A DNA stretch of 64,000 nt from Phormidesmis sp. (GTDB lineage Bacteria; Cyanobacteriota; Cyanobacteriia; Leptolyngbyales; Leptolyngbyaceae). Made by a program: the position numbers and the translations under genes. This document shows positions 1 through 9,388 of this stretch, piece by piece. The stretch covers positions 1,440,001 through 1,504,000 of the forward strand of contig CBDFJR010000002.1 of NCBI GenBank assembly GCA_965248535.1, in the 5' to 3' direction. Each line of letters opens with the position of its first letter. The stretch's first letter is position 1. Below the pieces are notes generated by a model, which saw only the letters and a list, made by a program, of their open reading frames with translations, was not told where the DNA came from and did no database searches.

Positions 1-2
1 GC

Positions 3-83
3 GAGATTGGGGAGTTGAACAAACGGCTAGAGGATGTCGAGTCCTATCTGACAAAATCAACCGAGTTTATAAGACGACGATGA
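3..83 (+). CDS. 3' end of a hypothetical protein (partial, runs in from the window edge)
   Basis: Manual translation EIGELNKRLEDVESYLTKSTEFIRRR*; the stop overlaps the next ATG (ATGA). Confidence 0.4.
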   Translation, partial: EIGELNKRLEDVESYLTKSTEFIRRR

Positions 84-229
84 CGAGCAACCTGAATTTA
101 TCGCTAGTTCAAACCACTAAGGAATTTTTGCGGCTCGTGCTGGCACAGCTACAAATGGATAAATTAGAGACAGCCGTAGCCCTAGAAGAAACGGCGGCAG
201 AAATTCGAGCCAAAAAAGCGGCAGAGTAG
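80..229 (+). CDS. Small hypothetical protein (49 aa), last gene of the putative integrated element
   Basis: Manual translation MTSNLNLSLVQTTKEFLRLVLAQLQMDKLETAVALEETAAEIRAKKAAE*; ATGA coupling with the upstream ORF. Confidence 0.45.
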   Translation: MTSNLNLSLVQTTKEFLRLVLAQLQMDKLETAVALEETAAEIRAKKAAE

Positions 230-372
230 GTCAGTGCTAACGAGCATTAGACTAGTTTTATCTCTGTTCAGATAAATAGAATGAAGTGCTTAAATTAGTC
301 ACACTTTAGTCAAGTTTTATAACTCAATTACTGAAAGCCAAACGCATCAAAGCTTTCAGCAGTCAGGTTTAT

Positions 373-417
373 GGACTCATAAGCCCAAGGTCGCAGGTTC
401 AAATCCCGCTTGAGCCA
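373..417 (+). mobile_element. 3' fragment of tRNA-Met(CAT); probable attachment site of a tRNA-targeting integrative element
   Basis: GGACTCATAAGCCCAAGGTCGCAGGTTCAAATCCCGCTTGAGCCA contains a CAT anticodon loop, T-loop GTTCAAATCC and the acceptor 3' strand; no D-arm or 5' acceptor strand upstream. Confidence 0.8.
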
Positions 418-438
418 TTTTTTAAGATGAAACAGAAT

Positions 439-476
439 ATCCTGTAGCCCATATTTCAAAGGGGTTACGGGATTTT
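439..476 (+). terminator. Hairpin terminator downstream of the tRNA fragment
   Basis: ATCCTGTAGCCC...GGGTTACGGGAT stem (G-U pairs allowed) followed by a T-run. Confidence 0.5.
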
Positions 477-774
477 CGCGTTTGATGAACTCGCGCTACA
501 GCATGATCATCCAGCGATCGCATGAGGGTCATTAAATGTCCTAAAAATCTCTCGTTAGAAATAACCGGGATTGAGCGATCGATTCCAGCCAGACAAACAA
601 ACCGCTTCGCACAGGACGGGTTGGCGAGTTTGTTGAGAGAATGGAGTCAATTTCAAGGCGTGTGATCTTTAAAAGATTGAAAAATTTAGCCACAGCAGCA
701 AGATTGAGATAGGCTGAGAATGACTGATTCCAAGGACTCTCATCAGGTGAAACCCCTAGTTCTGGCATTCAATC

Positions 775-3252
775 ATGGAGACAACCCCTGTGGTAAAACA
801 TCGGTCTAGCTCAAATCAGCCAAATGCGGCTGTTGGCAATGGGGAAGAGGCGTTTCAAGCACAACTGCGATCGCTGCTGACCCAAAAAAAATATCGCCAA
901 GCGATCGAAGCGATCAAAAAAGCTCGACGCGCCCAGCCCGATGCCCAGTTTAAACCGACAGAAGCCGAGATTTGGTCACTGCGGGGCCAGCAAGAATTTC
1001 AAAAAGCAGACTTTAAACAAGCAGAAAGCTCATTCCGGCAAGCGCTGACTTTAGGGTTGGACGGCGAAGCGCACTACTGGTTAGCAAAATGTCTGGTGTC
1101 TCTCGATCGGTTAGAGGCTGCCTTAGATCTGATTCGCTCAGCGTTTGAACAAGGGACGCTGCCCAAAGAATTTGCCATCTGCTACTTAAAGCTTTTGTTG
1201 CTCAAGGGCGACTCTCAAACGGTGGAGCAGTTAATCGCAAAACAATCTAAGCGGTTTAGCGCCGCCCAGCTTCACTGGGTGCGAGGAGTGTTAGCCCTCA
1301 AAAAGGGTGAACCGGAGACTGCTTTGATCTCGTTTCAGAAAATCAAGCGTCCGGTCACGCCGGGAGATTTGCCGGATGCCTGGGTCGTCTACGCGCAGCA
1401 AGCGATCGGAGACTGGAAGTCCGCCGCCGCCAAATTAGGACTCGCCACTTCACTGCCATGGGGCGGATTTTTGGGTAAGCCCCAGTTTCTCAGTCATCCG
1501 ATTTTGACGCAGTTAGCGACGTTTCAGCAGGCAAAAACCGGAGAGATCCAGCCTACTCTCTTTAGACAGTCCGATCAAGCAACTCAAGACTTGATCAATG
1601 TTTTGGCGATCGGGCAGCTAATTGACGGAGGCAACTATCACGACGCAGGACACGCCTTGCTAAAAATGGGGCCGTCCAAACGCTTTCCTGAACTGGCCAC
1701 CCTGCGATCGCCGCTCCTCGCTCTGGCTGGGCAACAAGCCTTTAACCAAGATGAAATCGAGTGCGCTGCCCAACTCTGGCAACCGTTGCTCAATGAGTCA
1801 TCCTTAGATCCTCAGCTTGCGGTTAACGCCCTAGAAGCGCTGGAGATCAACGATGCAGGGCCAGAACGACAACGGTTGGCGACTCGAATCGTGAAATGGA
1901 TTGAACAAGATGCAAAGAAACACCCAAACGATTGGACAGAAGAACGCCTAAAGTTGACACTAGCACACGCTCACTGTCGTCTCGCTGATGCTTGGATCTC
2001 GATGGGAAAAATCCGAGCGGCGATCGGAGAAGTGCAGCAAGCCGAACGCATTTGTTCGACTTCGCCGGAAGTGTTGGGGCGACGGGGATTATTAGCAGCA
2101 GATGATCAAAATACACAAGACGCGATCGAGTTATTAACGCAAGCGATCGAAGGCGGTTGTCGCTATGAAGAAGTCTATGACGCATTGCTCAACTGTTGGC
2201 GACAGTTAGGAAACACAAACGCGGTCAATGACGCTCGTCGCCGCTATGGAAAATTCTTTGGCGATCTGAATGCTGAAACGGAGATCGAGCTTGCCCCTTG
2301 GGTTGAGGCTCTCTCAACTCGGAGATATCCGTTTTATCGTCGCATGGTTCAGAGTGCCAGTGCCTCCGATCCGGCGGTGCGCGCCTGTCAGATCTTTGTA
2401 GAATCGACCCAAGGAGATCTCATTTCGAGTGGAAAAATTTCGCTCGATCAAGCCACGGCGATCGAGCAATGGGAGACCCTGCTGCAAGGATTGTCTGTGC
2501 AGGATCAAATTCCAGTTTTAGAAGCGATCGCGCTTTCTATTCAATTATTTGCCAAGCGCGAAAAAGGAATTACCTCCCTAGTCTCGGACTATATGCTGAG
2601 AATTGCGAATGTCAAACAAGATTATCCCGAAGCGAGAGTCGCGCATCTCGTCGTCTTAACCGTCAGAGAAGGCAATAACCCCCAGAGACTTGAGTTTCCC
2701 ATACAGTTCTATTTAGCGGCGATGCCCCAGCCAGGAACGGCGTTAGCCACGATTCAACTGCAAGTGCGGCTTTTTGCTCAGACGGCAATTTTGCGATCGT
2801 TCCTCGATCAAGCCCTGACACGCGAGCCTCAAAATCCGCTTTTGTTGTTGGCCAAGGCCACCACGTTTGCACCCCACACCAAACCCTATGACGATCTAAA
2901 GCAGCAGGGGTTTGAACTCGCTCGTCGGCTTCAAGATGCCAAAGCCCTGCAAGCGTTTCGCGCCGAGCAAGCCTTTTTAGTCACCCAAGAAACGCAGAGA
3001 ATTTTGCCAAACCCTGAGCAGCTAGACTCTCTCGACATAGGCGGGATGGAAGCGATGCTTGAAGCCTTGATTCGCAATATGGCGGGCGGCAAAATTCCCC
3101 AAGTCGATCTCGATCGCATGATGCCCGAACTGAAGCAAGAAATGATCAATGATCTGCCCGATGCTGACTTTGAAGCGGACGATCGCTTTGATTTTGATGC
3201 CATTTTTGGAGACCCCTCGAAGAAGCGCAAACGCAGTTTTCGAGATTTGTGA
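775..3252 (+). CDS. Large tetratricopeptide-repeat protein
   Basis: 825 aa; multiple TPR-like helices (AEIWSLRGQQEFQKADFKQAESSFRQAL, AHYWLAKCLVSLDRLEAA); first gene of the chaperone operon. Confidence 0.8.
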   Translation: METTPVVKHRSSSNQPNAAVGNGEEAFQAQLRSLLTQKKYRQAIEAIKKARRAQPDAQFKPTEAEIWSLRGQQEFQKADFKQAESSFRQALTLGLDGEAHYWLAKCLVSLDRLEAALDLIRSAFEQGTLPKEFAICYLKLLLLKGDSQTVEQLIAKQSKRFSAAQLHWVRGVLALKKGEPETALISFQKIKRPVTPGDLPDAWVVYAQQAIGDWKSAAAKLGLATSLPWGGFLGKPQFLSHPILTQLATFQQAKTGEIQPTLFRQSDQATQDLINVLAIGQLIDGGNYHDAGHALLKMGPSKRFPELATLRSPLLALAGQQAFNQDEIECAAQLWQPLLNESSLDPQLAVNALEALEINDAGPERQRLATRIVKWIEQDAKKHPNDWTEERLKLTLAHAHCRLADAWISMGKIRAAIGEVQQAERICSTSPEVLGRRGLLAADDQNTQDAIELLTQAIEGGCRYEEVYDALLNCWRQLGNTNAVNDARRRYGKFFGDLNAETEIELAPWVEALSTRRYPFYRRMVQSASASDPAVRACQIFVESTQGDLISSGKISLDQATAIEQWETLLQGLSVQDQIPVLEAIALSIQLFAKREKGITSLVSDYMLRIANVKQDYPEARVAHLVVLTVREGNNPQRLEFPIQFYLAAMPQPGTALATIQLQVRLFAQTAILRSFLDQALTREPQNPLLLLAKATTFAPHTKPYDDLKQQGFELARRLQDAKALQAFRAEQAFLVTQETQRILPNPEQLDSLDIGGMEAMLEALIRNMAGGKIPQVDLDRMMPELKQEMINDLPDADFEADDRFDFDAIFGDPSKKRKRSFRDL

Positions 3253-3276
3253 GATTCGTCGTTAGAGTGCAACCCT

Positions 3277-3573
3277 ATGACTTCCAGTCACGATCGCTTA
3301 GGTCTTTCTCCCACGGCTACCCCTGCCGAAGTCAAAGCCGCTTATCACGCCAAACTGCGAGAGTTTCCCGCTCACACCCATCCCGAAGACTTTAAAGCGA
3401 TTCGCACCGCCTATGAAGCGATTCGCACTGGGGCAGCGAGTCAGTCAGAAGATTTCTTCAAGCTCCGGCCTTTAGAAGCCCCGATCGACCCAGAGCCGCT
3501 AAATCAGCTTCGAGAGCAAGTGATGGCTCAACTCGACGTTCGGTTAGATGACCTGATTCGCGCTACATTTTGA
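3277..3573 (+). CDS. Small atypical J-domain (DnaJ-like) protein
   Basis: LGLSPTATPAEVKAAYHAKLREF...FKAIRTAYEAI matches J-domain helices; canonical HPD absent (FPAHTHPE). Confidence 0.8.
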   Translation: MTSSHDRLGLSPTATPAEVKAAYHAKLREFPAHTHPEDFKAIRTAYEAIRTGAASQSEDFFKLRPLEAPIDPEPLNQLREQVMAQLDVRLDDLIRATF

Positions 3574-3582
3574 GGAAGATTT

Positions 3583-4323
3583 ATGCCCGATTCTGAAGAA
3601 ACTTTGCCCCGCGATCGTCAAGCCCTAGTCGAAAAGCTCCTCGACTCGCTTCAGGCAACGCCCAACCCGCTCGAATATCTGGGCAAAGCACCCGATCGGG
3701 CAGAACTGTTTGATCCCTATCAGATGGTCAGTGAATGGATTGCACTCCGCCACGAAGTTAAACAGCAGAACAAATTATCACAAGCAGCCCACGCATCTTT
3801 GCAACAAGCTTTAGAAACTGAGCGATTGCAAAATGCACAGCTTCAACAACGGCTAGAAGAACTTTCAAACACAAAATCGGACAATCAAAGCTATCACTCA
3901 GAGCAGAAAAGATTATTCCAAGATTTATTAAAAATGATGGATGCTCTCGATCAAGCTTGTGAATATGGACGATCGCAGATTTCAGCCTCTATGCCAACGC
4001 CGCCTGCATCGACAAATTTTTTAGAAAAACTCTTTTCTAGACCCAAGGCTGACTCGCGTGATTTCAACAAAGGGTTGCTCAGTCATCAGCAGGGGGTGGA
4101 GGTGATTCGGAGATCGCTGCTCGATTTGCTCAAGCAAAAACAAGTCGTGCCGATCGTGACCCTAGGAAAGCCCTTTGATCCAGCCTATATGTATGCGATC
4201 GGGCGACAAGAAAGCGACACTGCCCCTGAAAACACCGTCATTCAAGAGATTGTGCGGGGCTATTGGTGGCAAGATCAGGTCTTGAGAGAAGCACAAGTAA
4301 TGGTAGCTGTGAGCAAGGAATAA
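3583..4323 (+). CDS. grpE: GrpE-family nucleotide exchange factor
   Basis: Coiled coil followed by GKPFDPAYMYAI...VIQEIVRGYWWQDQVLREAQVMV, the GrpE C-terminal signature. Confidence 0.85.
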   Translation: MPDSEETLPRDRQALVEKLLDSLQATPNPLEYLGKAPDRAELFDPYQMVSEWIALRHEVKQQNKLSQAAHASLQQALETERLQNAQLQQRLEELSNTKSDNQSYHSEQKRLFQDLLKMMDALDQACEYGRSQISASMPTPPASTNFLEKLFSRPKADSRDFNKGLLSHQQGVEVIRRSLLDLLKQKQVVPIVTLGKPFDPAYMYAIGRQESDTAPENTVIQEIVRGYWWQDQVLREAQVMVAVSKE

Positions 4324-4328
4324 CCACA

Positions 4329-6121
4329 ATGGGCAAAACCGTTGGCATTGATTTAGGAACCACCAATTCTGAAGTGGCGATCGTCGAAAACGGACAAGCG
4401 AGAATCTTAGCCGGAACAGACGGAGACTTACTGCTGCCCTCTTGCGTCGGATTTAGCGACACTGGCAAGCTGCTGGTCGGGCGCGAGGCTTTGCGTCAAT
4501 ATGCGGCAGCCCCCGATCGCACCGTCAAATCGATCAAACGCTGGATGGGCACAGACCACAAAACCACGCTGCAAATCTCGGCGGAGGAAACTTATGAGTA
4601 TTTGCCCCACGAAATCTCTGCCATTCTGCTCCGCGCTCTCAAACAGCGAGCAGAAGTGGCTTTAGGGGCAGATGTGACTCAGGCGGTGATCACGGTTCCG
4701 GCCTATTTCACCGATGCTCAACGTCAAGCTACTAAGCTGGCAGGCGAAATTGCGGGCTTAGAGGTGCTGCAAATTATCAACGAGCCGACCGCTGCCGCTC
4801 TCGCCTATGACGTGCGATCGGAGGAGACCGAACGAGTTTTAGTCTACGATCTAGGGGGCGGCACCTTTGATGTGTCAGTGGTCGAAATCACGGGCGATGT
4901 CACAGAAGTGCTGGCTAGCCACGGCAACAATCGTCTGGGCGGCGATGACTTTGATCGGCTGCTGCAACTGCACCTGATCGACCGATTTCGGCAGGCTCAC
5001 GGGGTCGAGGTGCCCCAAGATGCCATTCCACAAGCTCGACTGCTGCGGGCGGCAGAGCAGGTCAAAATTGACCTTAGCGCCCATGCCTTTACAACCGTCA
5101 GAGAGGCGTTTTTGAGCAGCCAAGGTCAGACTGCTTTGCACTTGGAAACAGAGATTGCCCGCACTGATTTTGAAGCGCTGATCCGTCCACTGATTGATGA
5201 GACGTTGGACGCAATTGATCGGGCCCTTTCGGATGCCAAGCTGGAGGCTGAAGCCCTCGATCGGGTGATTCTGGTCGGCGGCTCGACGCGCATTCCTCTC
5301 GTGCAGCAGATGATTGAAGAACATCTAGAACAAGCGCCTACAGATGGCGTGCAGCCCGATCTGTGTGTAGCGTTGGGGGCAGCCATTCAAGCTGGGGTGC
5401 GGGTGGGAGAAGATGTCGATGCAATTTTGGTGGATGTCAGCCCTCACTCGTTAGGCGTTGCCGCCGCCATCACTACGCCCATGGGCATGATGCCAGGGTT
5501 TTTTAGCGTAATTATTCCTCGCAACAGTGTGGTTCCGGTGTCGCGTTCTCAGGTTTACTCAACGGCATCTGATCGCCAAACCTCGGTTGAGATCGAAGTG
5601 TTTCAGGGCGAGAATACGATCGCGAAGAAAACGTTCCCCTTGGGGCTTTTATGGTGGAAGGCTTGCCGCCCCAGCCCGCCGGAAGTCTTGAAGTCGAGGT
5701 GCATTTTGACTTTGACATCAACGGCATTCTCACTGTCACCGCCACCGAAAAAGGTAAGGGGCAGCAAAATAGCTTAGTCGTGAACAATGCTGCGGTGCAT
5801 CGGCTTTCTAGTCACGAGCTAAATCAGGCTAGAGAAGATCTAGACGCATTGTTTAAAAGTGATGAAACTATCGTCACTCAAGCGCGAGAGGTCACAGATT
5901 TTGAAGCGATCGCTGACTCGATTTCACCAGATTTAGCAGATCTTCTGGGTCGTGCCCAAAAAACTCTAACAACGCTAGACGAAGACCAAACCGAAGAATT
6001 AAAAACGCTGATTGAGCAACTTCAAACCGCGATCGTCAACGATTATGATATTGCTATCCCCAATCTTCAAGAAGAGCTAGAAGATTTTCTCTACTACATC
6101 AGCACTAATTCGGATTCATAA
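4329..6121 (+). CDS. Hsp70/DnaK-family chaperone (specialised paralog); apparent 1-nt frameshift near 5625
   Basis: VGIDLGTTNS, TVPAYF, INEPTAAALAY, YDLGGGTFDVS and LVGGSTRIP motifs; substrate-binding domain continues in ORF 5651-6121 (VEVHFDFDINGILTVTA). Confidence 0.9.
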
Positions 6122-6124
6122 CGG

Positions 6125-6481
6125 ATGAAATGCCCCGTATGTCATGCCAGTTATCGTCCTTCTGCGGTGCTTTGTCGTCGGTGTGGGGTCGATCTATCTC
6201 CCCTGATTCGGCTGCGAGATCAAGCGGTTTGGCACTACCAGCAAGCGATTCAATACCTCGAAGCGGGACAATATGCAGAGGCGATCGCCGAAAATGATCA
6301 AGCGATCGCGCTCCATCACCAGCAAGCCGAATTTCATGCCTTAGCTGGACAACTGTGGGCGCTGCAAGGAAAGTTTGATCGGGCGATCGACGATTGGAAA
6401 ACGGCTCAGGCCCTCGACCCTAAGCACCCGATCGCCGCAGCGTGTTTAGACGGTTTGCTGCAACTTCGCAATTTCGCTTGA
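6125..6481 (+). CDS. Zinc-ribbon plus TPR protein
   Basis: CPVC...CRRCG zinc ribbon followed by two TPR motifs. Confidence 0.75.
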   Translation: MKCPVCHASYRPSAVLCRRCGVDLSPLIRLRDQAVWHYQQAIQYLEAGQYAEAIAENDQAIALHHQQAEFHALAGQLWALQGKFDRAIDDWKTAQALDPKHPIAAACLDGLLQLRNFA

Positions 6482-7699
6482 TTAAGGGATTAAGGGTTTA
6501 ATCGCCTTCCATTGAGTCACGGGAATCAGAGGTTTCCAGCCGGAGAATGACCCGATCGGGGCGACTCGCTGAATGCCAATCCGCATCAAATCGCCGCCAT
6601 AGAGCTGTTGAGATTGCAAAACGATTTGTTCACTCTCGATCGTCACCGCATTCACCACCAATCGCCCTCCCGGACGCAGCGCAGTCCAGCAGACTTCGAG
6701 GAGCCGATCGACCGTTACGCCACCACCGATAAAAATGGCATCGGGCTGCGGCAAATCTTGTAGGGCCGCGGGGGCTTCTCCGTCCACGATTTTAAGCTGC
6801 GGAACGCCCAGCGCCAAGGCATTGTCTGCAATGTGTTGCAGGCGAGTGGGATGACGCTCAATGGCGATCGCGCGACAGCGTGGATGAGTTCGCAACCACT
6901 CAATGGCGATCGAGCCACAGCCCGCGCCGACATCCCACAGCAACTCTCCGGGCAGGGGCGCAAGGGTGGAGAGGGTCAGCGATCGCACTTCGCGTTTGGT
7001 GAGTTGTCCGTCGTGGTGATAAGCGTCGTCGGGCAATCCGGCTGTGCGGGACAACAACACCGTAGCTGGATCGGCGTGACAAACGATCGCTAGCGTGTTG
7101 AGATCTGATAAATTTTGAATATCCCAAGCGTTAGCTGTGCATTCAGTTTGGCGTTCTTGAAGTCCTCCCATGTGTTCTAAAATCGTAATCTGACTGCGAC
7201 CAAATCCGCGTTGAGTCAGCAAGTTTGCAACGTGGGCAGGAGTGTTTCTATTCGCGCTTAAGATCAGGAGTCGGGCATCGGGAGCGAGAGCCGGAACGAT
7301 CGTCGAAACCGGGCGATGGGTGAGGCTAAAGGTTTCAATATCTGCCAGCGGCCAGCCCAATCGAGCACAGGCCAGACTAAACGCAGACGGCGCAGGAATA
7401 ATCTTCATTTCTGTTAGGGGAATGTGGCGAGTCAGGGTTACGCCCACCCCATGACACATCGGATCGCCACTGGCCAAAACACACACATTCTGTCCGCGAC
7501 GATGCAGAATTTGGGCGATCGTTCCCTCCAACGGAGAAGCCCAAGCAAGCCGTTCTCGCGGGTCATTTTTGGACAGCATGGCAAGATGACGATCGCCCCC
7601 AACCACGACGACTGCTTGATCGAGCAGCGATCGGGCGATCTGGCTCAACCCCGCAATTCCGTCTTCACCGATGCCAACCACTGAGAGCCACGTCTGCAT
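6482..7699 (-). CDS. cobL: Precorrin-6Y C5,15-methyltransferase (CbiE-CbiT fusion)
   Basis: VVGIGEDG, VLASGDPMCHGVG, GQLTKREVR and WDVGAGCGSIAIEW motifs. Confidence 0.92.
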   Translation of the reverse strand: MQTWLSVVGIGEDGIAGLSQIARSLLDQAVVVVGGDRHLAMLSKNDPRERLAWASPLEGTIAQILHRRGQNVCVLASGDPMCHGVGVTLTRHIPLTEMKIIPAPSAFSLACARLGWPLADIETFSLTHRPVSTIVPALAPDARLLILSANRNTPAHVANLLTQRGFGRSQITILEHMGGLQERQTECTANAWDIQNLSDLNTLAIVCHADPATVLLSRTAGLPDDAYHHDGQLTKREVRSLTLSTLAPLPGELLWDVGAGCGSIAIEWLRTHPRCRAIAIERHPTRLQHIADNALALGVPQLKIVDGEAPAALQDLPQPDAIFIGGGVTVDRLLEVCWTALRPGGRLVVNAVTIESEQIVLQSQQLYGGDLMRIGIQRVAPIGSFSGWKPLIPVTQWKAIKPLIP

Positions 7700-7807
7700 A
7701 GCTAAACTCGTCTGTATCAGGATTGCCCGATCGTACAGGGTTTCAGGCTTCGTTAAGAAAGGTGAGTATTCAAGAAATTGGGTCAGTGGCGTATGATAAC
7801 CTGCATA

Positions 7808-7883
7808 GATCTAGGGTTGGGAAAGTTCGGTGAGAGTCCGACGCTGTGCCGCAACTGTGAAAGTCAGAATGCCGATTCTAGGG
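7808..7883 (+). promoter_or_regulatory. Cobalamin riboswitch (compact form)
   Basis: GGGAAAGTTCGGTGAGAGTCCGACGCTGTGCCGCAACTGT...AGTCAGAATGCC core motifs directly upstream of cobG; closing stem CTAGGGTTGG/CCGATTCTAG. Confidence 0.85.
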
Positions 7884-7925
7884 TGACCTTGATTCCCTGC
7901 GTCGCACGGGGAGGAGACTGATCGA

Positions 7926-9383
7926 TTGGTGTTGCCGACTTGTCCGGGGTTATTTTATGGGTCGTCTGCCCAAGATGGAATGCTGGCACGAATGCGGATT
8001 CCGGGCGGAATTCTCACGGCTCAACAGTGTGAGGCGATCGCCGATCTCGCTGATGAGTTTGGGGCAGGCTATGGGCAGGTGACTAATCGCGCCAATGTGC
8101 AGATTCGGGAGATTCATAGCCCGATCGCGCCGCCTGTTTTTGATCACCTCCAGCGATTGGGGTTAGCGGCCCACACCGTCAGTCTTGACCCGATTCGGAA
8201 TATTATGGCGAGTCCGACGGCGGGCATTGATGCTCAGATGCTGATCGACACTCGTCCGTTGGTGAAGAAATTAGACGATTATTTGCAAACTCATCCTGAG
8301 CTAGCGATTTTATCTCCTAAATTTAGCATTTGTTTAGATGGCGGAGAGTCGGTTTCGGTCAGCGATCGCCGCAATGATATCAGCCTGGTGGCTCACAGGT
8401 TGCCATCGTCAGAGATAGGATTTCGAGTCTGTTTGAATGTTGATGGACAGAATTCTGGAGATGTTAATGTTTTCATTCCAGAAAACCAGTGTTTAGAGTT
8501 CATCGCTGCGCTGTCTCAAGTATATCTTGACTATACGCAAAAATATTATTCTGGCAAGGGTCGTAAACCTCGATTTCGTGATCTCTTAGCGGGTTGGTGT
8601 ATTGAGTATTGCTTAGAACAAGTAGAGCATTTGTTAGGATTTTCACTGCAACGAGATGATAGTTCTCTACGATCGCCTTCCCATTCCTATCACCATCTCG
8701 GCATCCATTCTCAGCGTCAATCAGGTTTGTCTTATGTGGGAATCGCGTTGCCGTTGGGTCGTCTAGAATCTTGGCAGTTGAGAAACTTAGCTCAGTTAAT
8801 GCAGGCTGGCGGCACCTTGCGTTTAACTCCGTGGCAGACGATTTTGTTATCTGATGTGGCTGACGATCGCGTGGGTGAGGTAGAGCGCACGATCGCCGAT
8901 TTAGGGCTTCACACCTCAGCGACTCGCGGCGACAGTGCTTTAGTGGCGTGTTCAGGCCGAACCGGATGCGCGTCGGGGCTTACAGACACTCAAACCCAGG
9001 CGTTGAGATGGGTGAAGGAATCAACCATTCAGTTAGATCAGCCGCTTAATCTTCACTTCAGTGGGTGTGAAAAGTCCTGTGCTCAGAAGACTCCCAGCGA
9101 TATAACCCTGGTTGGGATTGAGATGAGAATGGGAAATTCTACGATCGAGGGCTATGACGTTTATGTGGGCACTGGAGAGCAATCGTTTGGGCGGTGGATA
9201 CGATCGGTGAATGCTTCAGAAATTACAAATTTAATCAATCAGATGTTACAAATCTATCAGCAGCAGCGAGTACCAGATGAATCGTTTAAGATGTTTGTGG
9301 ATCGACACTCAATTGATCGATTGCAGCAATGGTTTAAATCAGGCTATCATTCACCTCTCTTATCGCATTTGATCACACGCTGA
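7926..9383 (+). CDS. cobG: Precorrin-3B synthase (nitrite/sulfite reductase-like)
   Basis: CPGL...DGMLARMRIPGG, RNIMASPTAGID, ACSGRTGC and HFSGCEKSCAQ Fe-S motifs; cob context. Confidence 0.88.
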   Translation: MVLPTCPGLFYGSSAQDGMLARMRIPGGILTAQQCEAIADLADEFGAGYGQVTNRANVQIREIHSPIAPPVFDHLQRLGLAAHTVSLDPIRNIMASPTAGIDAQMLIDTRPLVKKLDDYLQTHPELAILSPKFSICLDGGESVSVSDRRNDISLVAHRLPSSEIGFRVCLNVDGQNSGDVNVFIPENQCLEFIAALSQVYLDYTQKYYSGKGRKPRFRDLLAGWCIEYCLEQVEHLLGFSLQRDDSSLRSPSHSYHHLGIHSQRQSGLSYVGIALPLGRLESWQLRNLAQLMQAGGTLRLTPWQTILLSDVADDRVGEVERTIADLGLHTSATRGDSALVACSGRTGCASGLTDTQTQALRWVKESTIQLDQPLNLHFSGCEKSCAQKTPSDITLVGIEMRMGNSTIEGYDVYVGTGEQSFGRWIRSVNASEITNLINQMLQIYQQQRVPDESFKMFVDRHSIDRLQQWFKSGYHSPLLSHLITR

Positions 9384-9388
9384 CGATC

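Noticed and set aside
345..420. Intact tRNA-Met gene
   Set aside because: The 5' acceptor strand and D-arm are absent; only the 3' part is present.
541..768. 75-aa minus-strand ORF or structured RNA upstream of the TPR gene
   Set aside because: No protein motif and no recognisable riboswitch consensus; probably promoter region.
5600..5660. Programmed ribosomal frameshift in the Hsp70 gene (and in cas10, cmr4, cax)
   Set aside because: No convincing slippery site with stimulatory structure; a single indel restores each protein and errors recur across the window.
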